DNA of 64,000 nt from an uncultured Gammaproteobacteria bacterium. Lineage in GTDB: Bacteria; Patescibacteriota; Microgenomatia; Woykebacterales; RBG-16-39-9b. Every line of letters begins with the position of its first letter. Position 1 is the first letter of the stretch. Below the pieces are notes generated by a model, which ran no database searches, had not been told where the DNA came from, and was given only the letters and a program-made list of their open reading frames with translations. Positions 15,802 to 24,179 of the stretch are shown here, piece by piece. The translations under genes were made by a program, and so were the position numbers. The stretch covers positions 73,334-137,333 of the forward strand of contig CAYHXX010000001.1 of assembly GCA_964360785.1 (NCBI GenBank), given 5' to 3'.

Positions 15802-17004
15802 ATGCCACACACTACTTCGAAACGCTCTTCCTGGATGCATCTGGACATGGACTGTTTCTTTGCATCTGTCGAAATCAAACTAAACCCTTCACTCAAAGGT
15901 AAACCTGTATTAGTTGGTGGTGTTAATCCCCAAGGAAAAAATGTTCCTCGCGGAGTGATCGCGACGGCTTCCTATGAAGCCCGGAAGTTTGGTTGCAAAT
16001 CGGGAATGCCGCTTTATCAAGCTTTGAGACTGTGCCCAAACGCTGTCGTGGTCGGTGGGCACTATGAGGACTACATTGCGTGTTCTGACCAAGTCATGGA
16101 GATTTGTGCTCGCTACGCTCCGCGAGTTAAGCAGATCGGTATTGACGAAGCTTTCTTGGATTTTTCTAACACTGAGATTCTGTATTCCGATCTGAAAATA
16201 GTTGCTGAACAGATCCGTGCGGATATAAAAAAAGAGCTTGGTATCACTGCTTCGATTGGACTAGCGGCTACTAAAGTTTGTGCCAAAGTCGCCTCAGATT
16301 TTCATAAACCAGATGGTTTTACCTATGTTTCAGAAGGTTCTGAGAAGAGTTTTCTCGCTCCCCTACCACTGCGGGATTTACCCGGAATTGGACATAAGAT
16401 GGAAGAGTATTTCCATCGCTTGGGTGTCAAAACTCTGGGAGAATTAGCAGCAGTTCATTTTAAAAATATTGAAAATTGGGGCAAGTTTGCGGTCAATTTG
16501 TGGGAAGCTGCCAATGGAGTTGACAACATTTGGTTTACCCCGCACGTTGAAGTTAAATCTATCTCTCGTAGCGAAACTTTTTATCGTGATACACCTGACG
16601 AAGACTTTATCCTGGCGATGCTACGCAAACTGACTGAAAGTGTGGGAACTGAAGCTCGCACTGCGGGTTATCAGGGACGCACAGTTCACGTCACGATCCG
16701 TTACAAAGATTTTCGGACACTTAGTCGCCAGCGAGTTCTTACTTCCCCGACAAATGTGACCAAAGAAATCTATGATTTGGGTGAAACTCTGCTCAAAGAA
16801 CTTTGGGACTCTCGGACACCGTTGCGGTTGGTCGGAATTGGCTTAACCCAGTTTGGGGAAACGATTCAGCAATCTTTGTTTGGCAGAGAGCATGACAAAA
16901 GATTGGAGTTGGAGAAAAGAATAGATACGCTCAAGGAAAGGTTTGGCAAAGAAGCAGTTAAACCCTTATTCCTTCTTTACCTAAATTCCAGTGTCAGACA
17001 CTGA
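15802..17004 (+). CDS. dinB: DNA polymerase IV (Y-family, DinB)
   Basis: HLDMDCFFASVE is the catalytic DMD motif. Thumb and little-finger region conserved. The start could instead be the internal ATG at 15835. Confidence 0.85.
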   Translation: MPHTTSKRSSWMHLDMDCFFASVEIKLNPSLKGKPVLVGGVNPQGKNVPRGVIATASYEARKFGCKSGMPLYQALRLCPNAVVVGGHYEDYIACSDQVMEICARYAPRVKQIGIDEAFLDFSNTEILYSDLKIVAEQIRADIKKELGITASIGLAATKVCAKVASDFHKPDGFTYVSEGSEKSFLAPLPLRDLPGIGHKMEEYFHRLGVKTLGELAAVHFKNIENWGKFAVNLWEAANGVDNIWFTPHVEVKSISRSETFYRDTPDEDFILAMLRKLTESVGTEARTAGYQGRTVHVTIRYKDFRTLSRQRVLTSPTNVTKEIYDLGETLLKELWDSRTPLRLVGIGLTQFGETIQQSLFGREHDKRLELEKRIDTLKERFGKEAVKPLFLLYLNSSVRH

Positions 17005-17067
17005 AAACTATAGACATTTTAATCCAACAGCATCTTCTGCAGACTGATGTCTTTTTGGTAGTTAATT

Positions 17068-17595
17068 CTAGAATTGACAAATTCTTTGTAATCTTCCACT
17101 GGACCTTTTTTCGAGAAATAAGCAAGTTAACCTCTCATCAACGAAACTCATTTCCTCTATTCCTAAGTAGTGTCTATAACTAGTCCAAGGATATTCCTCT
17201 GGTTTCTTTACTAAGCCTGCACTACTCGGATTCAAATGAATGTAACGGCTAAGATGAACCAAATATTCATCAGTTGTTACATCAACATGCTTAAAGCGAG
17301 CTTCAAACAGATGCCCGGTTCGGTGATAACGCAGGTTAAAATAGTTTGCGTAGGCTGTAGTCAAAGTTTGCATGAATCTAGAAAGTGATAGATCAGAGTC
17401 TTGTCTTACAAGTAAGTGTATGTGATTGGGCATAAGAACAAAGGCTAGAATGCGGATCAAGAATTTATGGGAGTATTTACTTAGGTTAAAGGTAAACCTT
17501 ATAAAATCCCCATCATCAATAAAAAGATTCTGGTGATTAGCCCGACTGGTTAAATGGTAAATTGAATTTCTAAGGAAAATTCTTGGGGGTCTCAT
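17068..17595 (-). CDS. HUH tyrosine transposase, IS200-like/RAYT (COG1943)
   Basis: HUH motif VLMPNHIHLLV and catalytic-Tyr helix SRYIHLNP. About 175 aa. The ORF track's GTG start at 17610 overlaps a REP copy, so the ATG at 17595 is preferred. Confidence 0.8.
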   Translation of the reverse strand: MRPPRIFLRNSIYHLTSRANHQNLFIDDGDFIRFTFNLSKYSHKFLIRILAFVLMPNHIHLLVRQDSDLSLSRFMQTLTTAYANYFNLRYHRTGHLFEARFKHVDVTTDEYLVHLSRYIHLNPSSAGLVKKPEEYPWTSYRHYLGIEEMSFVDERLTCLFLEKRSSGRLQRICQF

Positions 17596-17675
17596 ACCTG
17601 TGTCTGACACTTAATACTATAAACATATTAGCTTTAAAAGTGCTTGTCAATACAGGTTAAACTAGTATTATTTAG

Positions 17676-17691
17676 TGTCTGACACTGGTTA
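17676..17691. repeat. REP-like palindrome CAGTGTCTGACACTGG (five copies in the window)
   Basis: Copies at 16989-17004 (inverted), 17597-17611, 17676-17691, 21693-21706 (degenerate AGTGTCTGGCACTG) and 23357-23372. All were found by reading the sequence. Confidence 0.7.
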
Positions 17692-17702
17692 GTTGAAAAA
17701 AG

Positions 17703-17740
17703 GTGCCGGCAAAGCTTTGGGGGCAGTGCCGGCGTGGATA
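17703..17740 (-). terminator. terminator after the SAM decarboxylase gene (GCCGGC-N17-GCCGGC + UUUUUU on minus sense)
   Basis: Minus-sense CGCCGGCACTGCCCCCAAAGCTTTGCCGGCACCTTTTTTCAA. Confidence 0.5.
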
Positions 17741-17777
17741 GGTACGGCCAAGTGGTTGTTCTGTTTATCGTCGTCCA

Positions 17778-18200
17778 TCAGCTTCCTACTGTCGCCGCTA
17801 CTTCTATCCGCTCGTCTCGGTTGAGCGGGATGCTCTGCGCGACGTCGTGCGGGTACTCCAGACCGCGCTCAAGCTTGTGAGTACGAGTATCCTGCAGCTC
17901 GAAAGCATCAACGATTCGCTCGATTGCGGGAAGCTCGTCGAAGCCCTTGCAGCTGAAGATGTCGACCCACACCTGTCTGTGCTCTGGGAACGTGTGGACG
18001 GCGATGTGGCTCTCGGCGATGAGCACAAAGCCAGACACGCCCCAGTCATCTGGGTTGTCTCCACGGTATTCGAAGACATGTGGCTCCGAGATCTTCGTCA
18101 TCCCGATCTCTGTCGGGTAGCGGTCGAGCAGGTTGCGGACCCGTTCTTCGCTACCGAGCAAAGCCGCGTTTCCGCCAAACCCATCGATCGTTACGTGCAT
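17778..18200 (-). CDS. speH: S-adenosylmethionine decarboxylase proenzyme (SpeH/class 1b)
   Basis: FVLIAESHIAVHTFPE is the self-processing Glu-Ser site region of pyruvoyl SAM decarboxylases. 140 aa, about 58% GC, SD GGAGGGACGAC before the ATG. Confidence 0.75.
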   Translation of the reverse strand: MHVTIDGFGGNAALLGSEERVRNLLDRYPTEIGMTKISEPHVFEYRGDNPDDWGVSGFVLIAESHIAVHTFPEHRQVWVDIFSCKGFDELPAIERIVDAFELQDTRTHKLERGLEYPHDVAQSIPLNRDERIEVAATVGS

Positions 18201-18280
18201 GTCGTCCCTCCTTCCAGGGTTGATCCTTTTGGCCGTAAAGGGAATTAAAAACGTTTATGAAATGCTTGTCAAGAGGAGTT

Positions 18281-18859
18281 TCAGATTTGCAAGCTAGAAC
18301 CAGCTAAAATTGTGTCCTTTATTTTCGAAAACCAAGGATATTTTAGTGAAGTTATTGCTTTGATTTCCTTGCGATAAATTTCATGGAAGTTACTATTTCC
18401 CGCTTCGATTTCCTCGAAACATTTGGAAAGCAAGGACAAGCTGTCGGCAAGTTTTACAACCTGGGATTCGATGGACTCACGCTTTTGTTCTTCATGCCAG
18501 AGGTCGATCAGATCCTTGGAAATTTCTTTTGGGAGGTCCTCAAACATCAGTCCGATTGTTTCCTCGTTTACTTCTCGGATTGCGCTAGCGATTTTTTCGT
18601 TGAAATGTTTGAATGGGTTAAGGATGTCACCAGAGAAACCTTCTTCCGAGTCGTGGATCAGAGCCATTGAAATAGCTTTTTTGGTATCAACTCCTACTTT
18701 CTTTTTTTCCAGCAACCAGCAAATTAGTTGGGTAAAATGAGCGACGTAAAAAGAATGCTCAGCCACGGATTCGGGAAAAAGAAGCGGGCGGTTGTTGAAC
18801 CTCTTTACATGGGCAAGATTGCGATTGAGAAAGTAATTAAAAAGCGCCATCCGCAACAT
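18281..18859 (-). CDS. HD-domain phosphohydrolase (YfbR-like 5'-deoxynucleotidase family)
   Basis: SVAEHSFYVAH...LIHDSEEGFSGDI carries the H..HD metal-binding pattern. Start placed at MLRMALFNYF; the ORF track's longer 18281..18952 form has an Ala/Pro-rich N-terminus that is probably spurious. Confidence 0.65.
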   Translation of the reverse strand: MLRMALFNYFLNRNLAHVKRFNNRPLLFPESVAEHSFYVAHFTQLICWLLEKKKVGVDTKKAISMALIHDSEEGFSGDILNPFKHFNEKIASAIREVNEETIGLMFEDLPKEISKDLIDLWHEEQKRESIESQVVKLADSLSLLSKCFEEIEAGNSNFHEIYRKEIKAITSLKYPWFSKIKDTILAGSSLQI

Positions 18860-18957
18860 CTTAATACCAATGCCTTTTTGTTGCAAACGGTTTTTGCTCC
18901 AGGTAGAATCAGTTTGCTCACTGGCAGGACTGGGCCAGGCTCGAGGTAACACGAGTC

Positions 18958-19941
18958 TTGATCGGTAAGGGCAGGGCTAGTACAAGGATGTGTACCTTGC
19001 CGAAGTCTCGAAAAGACGTATCGGTCAACTGTAATCAAGTAGATAGAAGGATAGAGAAATGGAACAAGCCAGCGGTACTGCAATTGGTACCTCAGACTAG
19101 TCTACTGACACTTGAGAGAGACCGTCCGAGATTGCCACCTTTGTACCTGACTGGGATCGAGAGAGTTAACAATTTGATGTACATCCCACCATTCAGTGTT
19201 TTGGATGCAAGGATCACACCGGTGCTTCCCAATCACTGGATGAGCCAGTTTGTTGGGATCCCTACCAAGGAAAAATATTGGGGAATTACCTATAAAGGTA
19301 GCAAACCTCATGTAAGAAACTATGATGTGGTAAATGGTCTAGGGTACGCAGAGAGAAGGTCTGAGCACATCTTGGCTGGCTATTCAGAAGAGTTGAAACA
19401 GCTTCGAGATTCTGCAAATGAGATACATCGTATGTCGGATCTGATGCTTGTCTCTAGGGGTAGACGAGCTATAGCACTCCAGCATGCACTACTAAGAATC
19501 CATCGAAGAGAGGAAGTTGTGCGCAATATCATTGCTAACAGAACTGTTAGGGACATCAACCTGCATTTTGCTTTCAATCGGGCAATCACTCGTTTGACAC
19601 AATTTGCGGCAACCCTGGAGCGTTGGTCGATAGCAATTCGCTACAATCCAAATCGAATACCAAACCGCTCGATCTTACAGATGCTTGGATGGATTGAACA
19701 TGAGATACCATACTTCGGGAGTAGAGAGATACAGCCAATTCTGATCCAGGTCAAGCTTGCAATCAGGATGTTTAGAAAAACACAAAAACCAAAAGATTTG
19801 GCTGCAAATACAGCCCTAGTGTTAACAGATAGCCTGAGTGGCTTGTTACTACTAGCTGTCGTAGAACTTCAGCGACAGGCAGATGCTGTGCCAGAAGAAG
19901 AAAAAGAAGCAGCAGCACTAATACGGTCAGGAAGAATTTAG
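18958..19941 (+). CDS. hypothetical protein (327 aa, Arg-rich, no recognisable family)
   Basis: Long ORF with a TTG (or internal ATG) start. About 47% GC. Followed by a (GA)n repeat and a terminator. Confidence 0.4.
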   Translation: MIGKGRASTRMCTLPKSRKDVSVNCNQVDRRIEKWNKPAVLQLVPQTSLLTLERDRPRLPPLYLTGIERVNNLMYIPPFSVLDARITPVLPNHWMSQFVGIPTKEKYWGITYKGSKPHVRNYDVVNGLGYAERRSEHILAGYSEELKQLRDSANEIHRMSDLMLVSRGRRAIALQHALLRIHRREEVVRNIIANRTVRDINLHFAFNRAITRLTQFAATLERWSIAIRYNPNRIPNRSILQMLGWIEHEIPYFGSREIQPILIQVKLAIRMFRKTQKPKDLAANTALVLTDSLSGLLLLAVVELQRQADAVPEEEKEAAALIRSGRI

Positions 19942-19959
19942 AGAGAGAGAGAGAGAGAG
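19941..19959. repeat. (GA)9.5 dinucleotide microsatellite immediately after the stop codon
   Basis: gagagagagagagagagag seen directly. Confidence 0.8.
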
Positions 19960-19961
19960 CA

Positions 19962-19995
19962 AAACCCTTACGCAAGTGAGGGTTTCTTATTTTCA
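19962..19995 (+). terminator. rho-independent terminator (AACCCT-N10-AGGGTT + T tract)
   Basis: AAAACCCTTACGCAAGTGAGGGTTTCTTATTTTCA. Confidence 0.55.
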
Positions 19996-20097
19996 TCCGC
20001 AAACGAAGGTACTTAGCTACCAGCTAAATAGTCGAAGACTATTGCTGGAGCGCAGGATGCGCAGTAGCTAATCTCTGGTAGGAGATATTAGTTACGA

Positions 20098-20178
20098 GTA
20101 GACTATAGATTCACTTCGTTCTCTGTAGTCTGTCGGAACAGACTATGGGTTGCATTTTAGCTTCAATTGTGCTATAAT
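20098..20178 (+). promoter_or_regulatory. operator-like repeats (TAGACTATAG; palindrome TAGTCTGTcggaACAGACTA) plus extended -10 promoter TGcTATAAT
   Basis: Perfect 8-bp inverted repeat at 20126-20145. A third AGACTAT half-site at 20098-20107. TGCTATAAT at 20170-20178. GGAGG SD 6 nt before the ATG at 20216. Confidence 0.45.
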
Positions 20179-20215
20179 AAATTTATTCGTAAGTTGCAGA
20201 GTTCAGGAGGATTGA

Positions 20216-20509
20216 ATGAATTGCGCTCTGTGCGGTGAGGAATTCGAACACCGTTACGGTTGCTGCAAGCTCTGCGGCAACGTGTTCTGTCGTAAGTGCT
20301 GGCCAGGCGGTGACTACTGCTCGGCTTGCAAAAAAGTGGTTGCCGGACGTGAAGTGATTCGTGTCCCAAAGCAGCCTACCAACTGCGAAGGTTGCGGAGG
20401 TGAGAAAGTCGACGATGTCTGCACGAAGTGCGGGCCTCACGACTCAGCTCGACTGACCAACCGTCGCAGACAGAACACAACGAAGAAGACCGCGACTCAC
20501 CCCCGGTGA
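20216..20509 (+). CDS. Cys-rich protein with six CxxC pairs (multiple zinc-ribbon-like motifs) and a basic C-terminal tail
   Basis: MNCALCGEE..CCKLCGNVFCRKCW..YCSACKK..NCEGCGG..VCTKCG, then RLTNRRRQNTTKK. About 58% GC. Strong RBS. Confidence 0.55.
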   Translation: MNCALCGEEFEHRYGCCKLCGNVFCRKCWPGGDYCSACKKVVAGREVIRVPKQPTNCEGCGGEKVDDVCTKCGPHDSARLTNRRRQNTTKKTATHPR

Positions 20510-20540
20510 CCATCGCGGCCTTTCTCTCTCCAAATATTTC

Positions 20541-21656
20541 CTAGTTAAAATTAAACAGTGCATCACTCGGGAAGTTGGGACAGCTCCAAGCAAGTGTTGC
20601 TTTCCCCACTCTGTATTTCCCTCTCATTTCTTTGGCTTTTCCAAGATCATAGCAATTGTGGACCCATTCGATATGAAGGTGTGAGCCATCCCCGGTTATC
20701 GGGCGAACATAACCAGAGTTACCAACTCGGCCAATTGCTTGTCCCTGTTCAACAATGTCTCCGATCTTAATCCCTGCTTCTCTAACCGATCCTTGCTGTA
20801 GGTGGAGATAATTTTGATTGCTGCCATCTTCAGTCTGAATGACGACAACATTAACTCGACTGAGCAGAGTTATATTGTTTCCTCCTGAGCCGAAACTATC
20901 CTCGATCCAGAGCACCATCCCTTTTTCGGAAGCGCAGATCTGCTCACCCTTCTTCATTCCAAAATCGAACGCTCTCCCGATATGGTGGTCTTCCCCTGGG
21001 TTAGTAGTAATTGGCGAACTCTGAAAACTGCACCACGGGTATTTGTAGTTTGGTGGGCTGTTGAAGGCTTGGGTTGTGTTGATCGAATCTCTAATAGTGT
21101 TTGGTTGTGGTTTGATGACTAGTTCCAGATAAAGATCGTTGTGGTCGCTATCTTTGTTGTCGTTATCCTCGATGTCAAAAGCCCAGTGCTCGTCTGAGTA
21201 TTTGGTAACCAAGACGCGCGCTGAAGTATGTGGGAAAGAGCTATTGCAGTCCCTCAGGAACTGGAAAGCGAAGACAATTTTTGTATCATCGTGGTACGGG
21301 CCGAGAACGATGGTTTCGCGAGTCTGTGGTAGGTGGTCAAAGATCACATCTGAACCAACTATGAAGGGTTCCTTTGTTGGTAGTGTGTAGGGAGGTACTG
21401 CTTTCGCATCTGGTTGTTGGAGATAAATCATCCCCTCATCGCAGCGGGCACTACCTTTCCAAGCGGTTACAATCAGAGTTGACTCTGCTTGCAGCACTAT
21501 GTCCTTGTCCGTGATCTGCTGTTGTCGATTCTCTGTTGCGTTCCCTAGAGAGCTTGCAAATGTCAGCATTGACACGACGAACCGTAGCAGCTCAAACACG
21601 GTTCCCACTCCTTCACTATGAAATTGGGAAAGAACGAGTCTAGTATCCAGGGACAC
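20541..21656 (-). CDS. secreted M23 family metallopeptidase with a large N-terminal domain
   Basis: The C-terminal half has HHIGRAFDFG...GGNNITL...YLHLQ...GNSGY...GSHLHIEW, the M23 motifs. N-terminal signal/TM segment. Confidence 0.75.
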   Translation of the reverse strand: MSLDTRLVLSQFHSEGVGTVFELLRFVVSMLTFASSLGNATENRQQQITDKDIVLQAESTLIVTAWKGSARCDEGMIYLQQPDAKAVPPYTLPTKEPFIVGSDVIFDHLPQTRETIVLGPYHDDTKIVFAFQFLRDCNSSFPHTSARVLVTKYSDEHWAFDIEDNDNKDSDHNDLYLELVIKPQPNTIRDSINTTQAFNSPPNYKYPWCSFQSSPITTNPGEDHHIGRAFDFGMKKGEQICASEKGMVLWIEDSFGSGGNNITLLSRVNVVVIQTEDGSNQNYLHLQQGSVREAGIKIGDIVEQGQAIGRVGNSGYVRPITGDGSHLHIEWVHNCYDLGKAKEMRGKYRVGKATLAWSCPNFPSDALFNFN

Positions 21657-21737
21657 CCCTCAAGAGTCAAGTATTAGTTGGGTTCGAATTTAAGTGTCTG
21701 GCACTGTGCCTAGGGTCTGATCCTAAAATAAGTGATT

Positions 21738-21760
21738 ACGTCGCACAATGGTTGTTTTTT
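21738..21760. repeat. direct repeat ACGTCGCACAAT-(TTG.TTTTTT), copy 1 (copy 2 at 22368-22390)
   Basis: An identical 12-mer plus a similar T-rich tail flank the 21793..22338 gene on both sides. Confidence 0.6.
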
Positions 21761-21792
21761 TGTTCTAATTTAGTTAAAGTTTATTAAGCAAT

Positions 21793-22338
21793 ATGGTTAG
21801 TGAAAAGCATAAAATAAGCAGAAAAGGGTTTTTATTGGCTATAATCTTCGGGCCAATATTTGGTCTTGCAATCACTTTTATCGTCATGGCGTTTTTAGGG
21901 GAAGTATTTCCAAATTACTATGAGGATTCTCTTGCATTTTCGTTATTGGGTGTACCACTTTCGTATTTGGCCGCTAGAATTATTTATGTAAATCAACTTT
22001 TAAACCCATATTTCTTTAGATATTTAATATACCTTAATGCTTATATAAGTTTCAAAAATAAGAGAGAAAAATATATAATTCTTTCAAATACGCATCAAGA
22101 TTTTGTCGGTAAATTTACTCTACTCATTGATGCTTTGAATCTAGCCTTTATTATCAGTTTTGGTAGTAATTTCATACTGAGTTTTATCTTAATAGGTATT
22201 TTCGGGAACGAAACCTTTTTAGTGTTATTTATTTTTACATTACCACTAATGATTTTATTGACTTGGCTCTTTTACATTAAACTTCTAAAAAACCCTTATC
22301 TCTTCTTAATTAAGAGGCTAACCCGAAGTCTTTTTTAG
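21793..22338 (+). CDS. hypothetical polytopic membrane protein (very AT-rich, about 30% GC)
   Basis: 181-aa ORF with about five hydrophobic helices. Flanked by direct repeats and REP copies. Confidence 0.5.
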   Translation: MVSEKHKISRKGFLLAIIFGPIFGLAITFIVMAFLGEVFPNYYEDSLAFSLLGVPLSYLAARIIYVNQLLNPYFFRYLIYLNAYISFKNKREKYIILSNTHQDFVGKFTLLIDALNLAFIISFGSNFILSFILIGIFGNETFLVLFIFTLPLMILLTWLFYIKLLKNPYLFLIKRLTRSLF

Positions 22339-22417
22339 CTTTAGTAAGCATAGAAACATACACTTCCACGTCGCACAATATTTGCTTTTTTAGCCTCCGT
22401 GCTGTTAAAATTTATAT

Positions 22418-23341
22418 ATGTCCCCACTGTCCAAACTTACTACTGATTTTCTCGAGCATCTTGAGGTTGAAAAAAATGCCTCGCAACTGACAATCCGTAA
22501 TTACGATCATTATCTGAAAAGATTTCTCGGTTTTGCTGGCGATATTGATCCAAAAGATATAAACCAAGAAATGGTGCGAAAATATCGAGTTTTCTTAGCC
22601 CGCTATATAGATGAGCGTTCTGGCCTTCCTTTGAAAAAAGTCACTCAAAACTATTTTGTGATTGCTCTGCGAGCTTTCCTGCGTTATTTAGCTAAAAATG
22701 ACGTGGAGACGCTAGCAGCTGAAAAAATTGAGCTTGGGGATCAGGATCCGCGGCCGATTAAAGTTCTGGATAATGATCAGCTCTCTCGCCTACTTTCATC
22801 TCCGGAGATTTCAAAAATTGATGGTGTGCGGGATAAGGCTATTTTGGAAACGCTTTTCTCGACTGGATTGCGGGTTAGCGAATTAACTAAATTAAACAGA
22901 GATAAAATTAACTTAGAACGACGAGAGTTTGGGATTGTGGGTAAAGGGGGAAAAGAACGAGTAGTTTTTATTTCTGATGCTGCGGCCGAGTGGATTGGCC
23001 GTTACCTGGCGCAGCGAGCTGATCGGTACAACCCATTGTTCATCCGTTACTCTGGTAAAGAAGATCCGGCCAAGGGTGGGGAAAAAATGCGTCTCACTCC
23101 CCGATCAATCGAAAGAATTCTTGAAAAATATGTCCGAAAAGCCCAAATACCAATCAAGGCTTCACCGCACACCTTGCGGCATTCCTTCGCTACGGACTTG
23201 TTAATAAATGGAGCTGATATCCGCAGTGTCCAAGAGATGCTCGGTCATGCCAATATTTCCACCACCCAGATCTATACTCATATTACAAATAGACATCTCA
23301 AAGATGTCCACAAAGCCTTTCACAGCGGCAACAAAGTTTAA
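22418..23341 (+). CDS. tyrosine site-specific recombinase, XerC/XerD family
   Basis: R...LRHSFATDLLINGADIRSVQEMLGHANISTTQIYTH is the catalytic R-H-R-Y region. N-terminal SAM-like domain. Confidence 0.85.
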   Translation: MSPLSKLTTDFLEHLEVEKNASQLTIRNYDHYLKRFLGFAGDIDPKDINQEMVRKYRVFLARYIDERSGLPLKKVTQNYFVIALRAFLRYLAKNDVETLAAEKIELGDQDPRPIKVLDNDQLSRLLSSPEISKIDGVRDKAILETLFSTGLRVSELTKLNRDKINLERREFGIVGKGGKERVVFISDAAAEWIGRYLAQRADRYNPLFIRYSGKEDPAKGGEKMRLTPRSIERILEKYVRKAQIPIKASPHTLRHSFATDLLINGADIRSVQEMLGHANISTTQIYTHITNRHLKDVHKAFHSGNKV

Positions 23342-23382
23342 CCTAAATTATAGTCTCAGTGTCTGACACTGGTTGGAAAAAG

Positions 23383-23417
23383 GAAAAAAGTTCCCGCCTT
23401 CAGAGTTCGTCCAAAGG
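23383..23417 (-). terminator. terminator (CCCGCCTT-N13-AAGGCGGG + U tract on minus sense)
   Basis: Minus-sense CCCGCCTTTGGACGAACTCTGAAGGCGGGAACTTTTTTCCTTTTT, downstream of the 23446..23667 gene. Confidence 0.55.
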
Positions 23418-23445
23418 CGGGGTGTGGTTTCTACGACAACTAGCG

Positions 23446-23667
23446 TTAGTTGGCGAAGACGACAATCGGTCGTGAGATTCCCAGCAGGATACACAGCTCT
23501 TTGTCGAATTCGTTGTCTGCAAGCTCGCCGGCGAAGAACCGTGAATACAGCTCTCTCACGGCTTGCTTGCGAGCGTGGGTGAGATTGCTGGTGTTGCCGA
23601 TGGCAGCGGCCACGCGACGGGGATCGTTGGACCTCCGAATCAGATCACGAAGTTGACGTGGATGCAC
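23446..23667 (-). CDS. hypothetical small protein (73 aa, GTG start)
   Basis: GGATGGAGG SD 7 nt before the GTG. About 58% GC. Own terminator. Confidence 0.45.
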   Translation of the reverse strand: MHPRQLRDLIRRSNDPRRVAAAIGNTSNLTHARKQAVRELYSRFFAGELADNEFDKELCILLGISRPIVVFAN

Positions 23668-23808
23668 TAATTGACCTCCATCCTAAATTTGCCCGAAGCT
23701 GAGATATTAACATAATTGAATAGGTTTTTCAAGTGTTGTAGTAGAAAGGCCCCCAATAATCAATGACTGATCTGGGAGCCTTATTTGAAGTAGCTCACTA
23801 TAGTTACT

Positions 23809-24066
23809 CTAACCTAGTTGTCTGATTACTGCGGTTGCGTAGTTGTATTGATCTCTCCAAGGATGGCCATTGGCACCAACAGCATATTTGTATCCCTCCC
23901 AGTTTTCGAATAATTTGCTTGCTGTAGCAGTGTCGATGATGTACGCCTCTTGGTATCTGGCAATTTCAGCACGTATCAGTTCATCAGCGGCACGCACATT
24001 GTCTCCAATTGTATCCTCCGGACGTGTATTGCAAATCAAAACTCTAAGAAGGCTGTTCTTAGTCAT
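23809..24066 (-). CDS. hypothetical small protein (85 aa)
   Basis: GTAAGGGAGGGATCATG is a strong SD. Start MTKNSLLRVL. The ORF track's longer 23809..24117 form starts at an upstream ATG. Confidence 0.45.
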   Translation of the reverse strand: MTKNSLLRVLICNTRPEDTIGDNVRAADELIRAEIARYQEAYIIDTATASKLFENWEGYKYAVGANGHPWRDQYNYATAVIRQLG

Positions 24067-24179
24067 GATCCCTCCCTTACTACAGAAAAGATACGGCGTA
24101 TTCAAAGAAATTGTCAATGTTTTTAAAAAGTAATTAAACTTTAACTAACGCAATTTGATTTGATCTGTTAATATCAACA

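Larger units (their letters stand above)
16989..17691 (-). mobile_element. IS200/IS605-like or RAYT (REP-associated tyrosine transposase) unit bounded by inverted 16-bp REP-like palindromes
   Basis: Left end CCAGTGTCAGACACTG (16989-17004) is the exact reverse complement of the right end CAGTGTCTGACACTGG (17676-17691). An internal copy sits at 17597-17611. The unit encloses a single HUH Y1 transposase gene. Confidence 0.65.

Noticed and set aside
17804-18248. Overlapping ORFs 17804..18079(-) and 17847..18248(+) within the SAM decarboxylase gene
   Set aside because: Alternative frames of a high-GC gene. Only the speH frame carries recognisable motifs.
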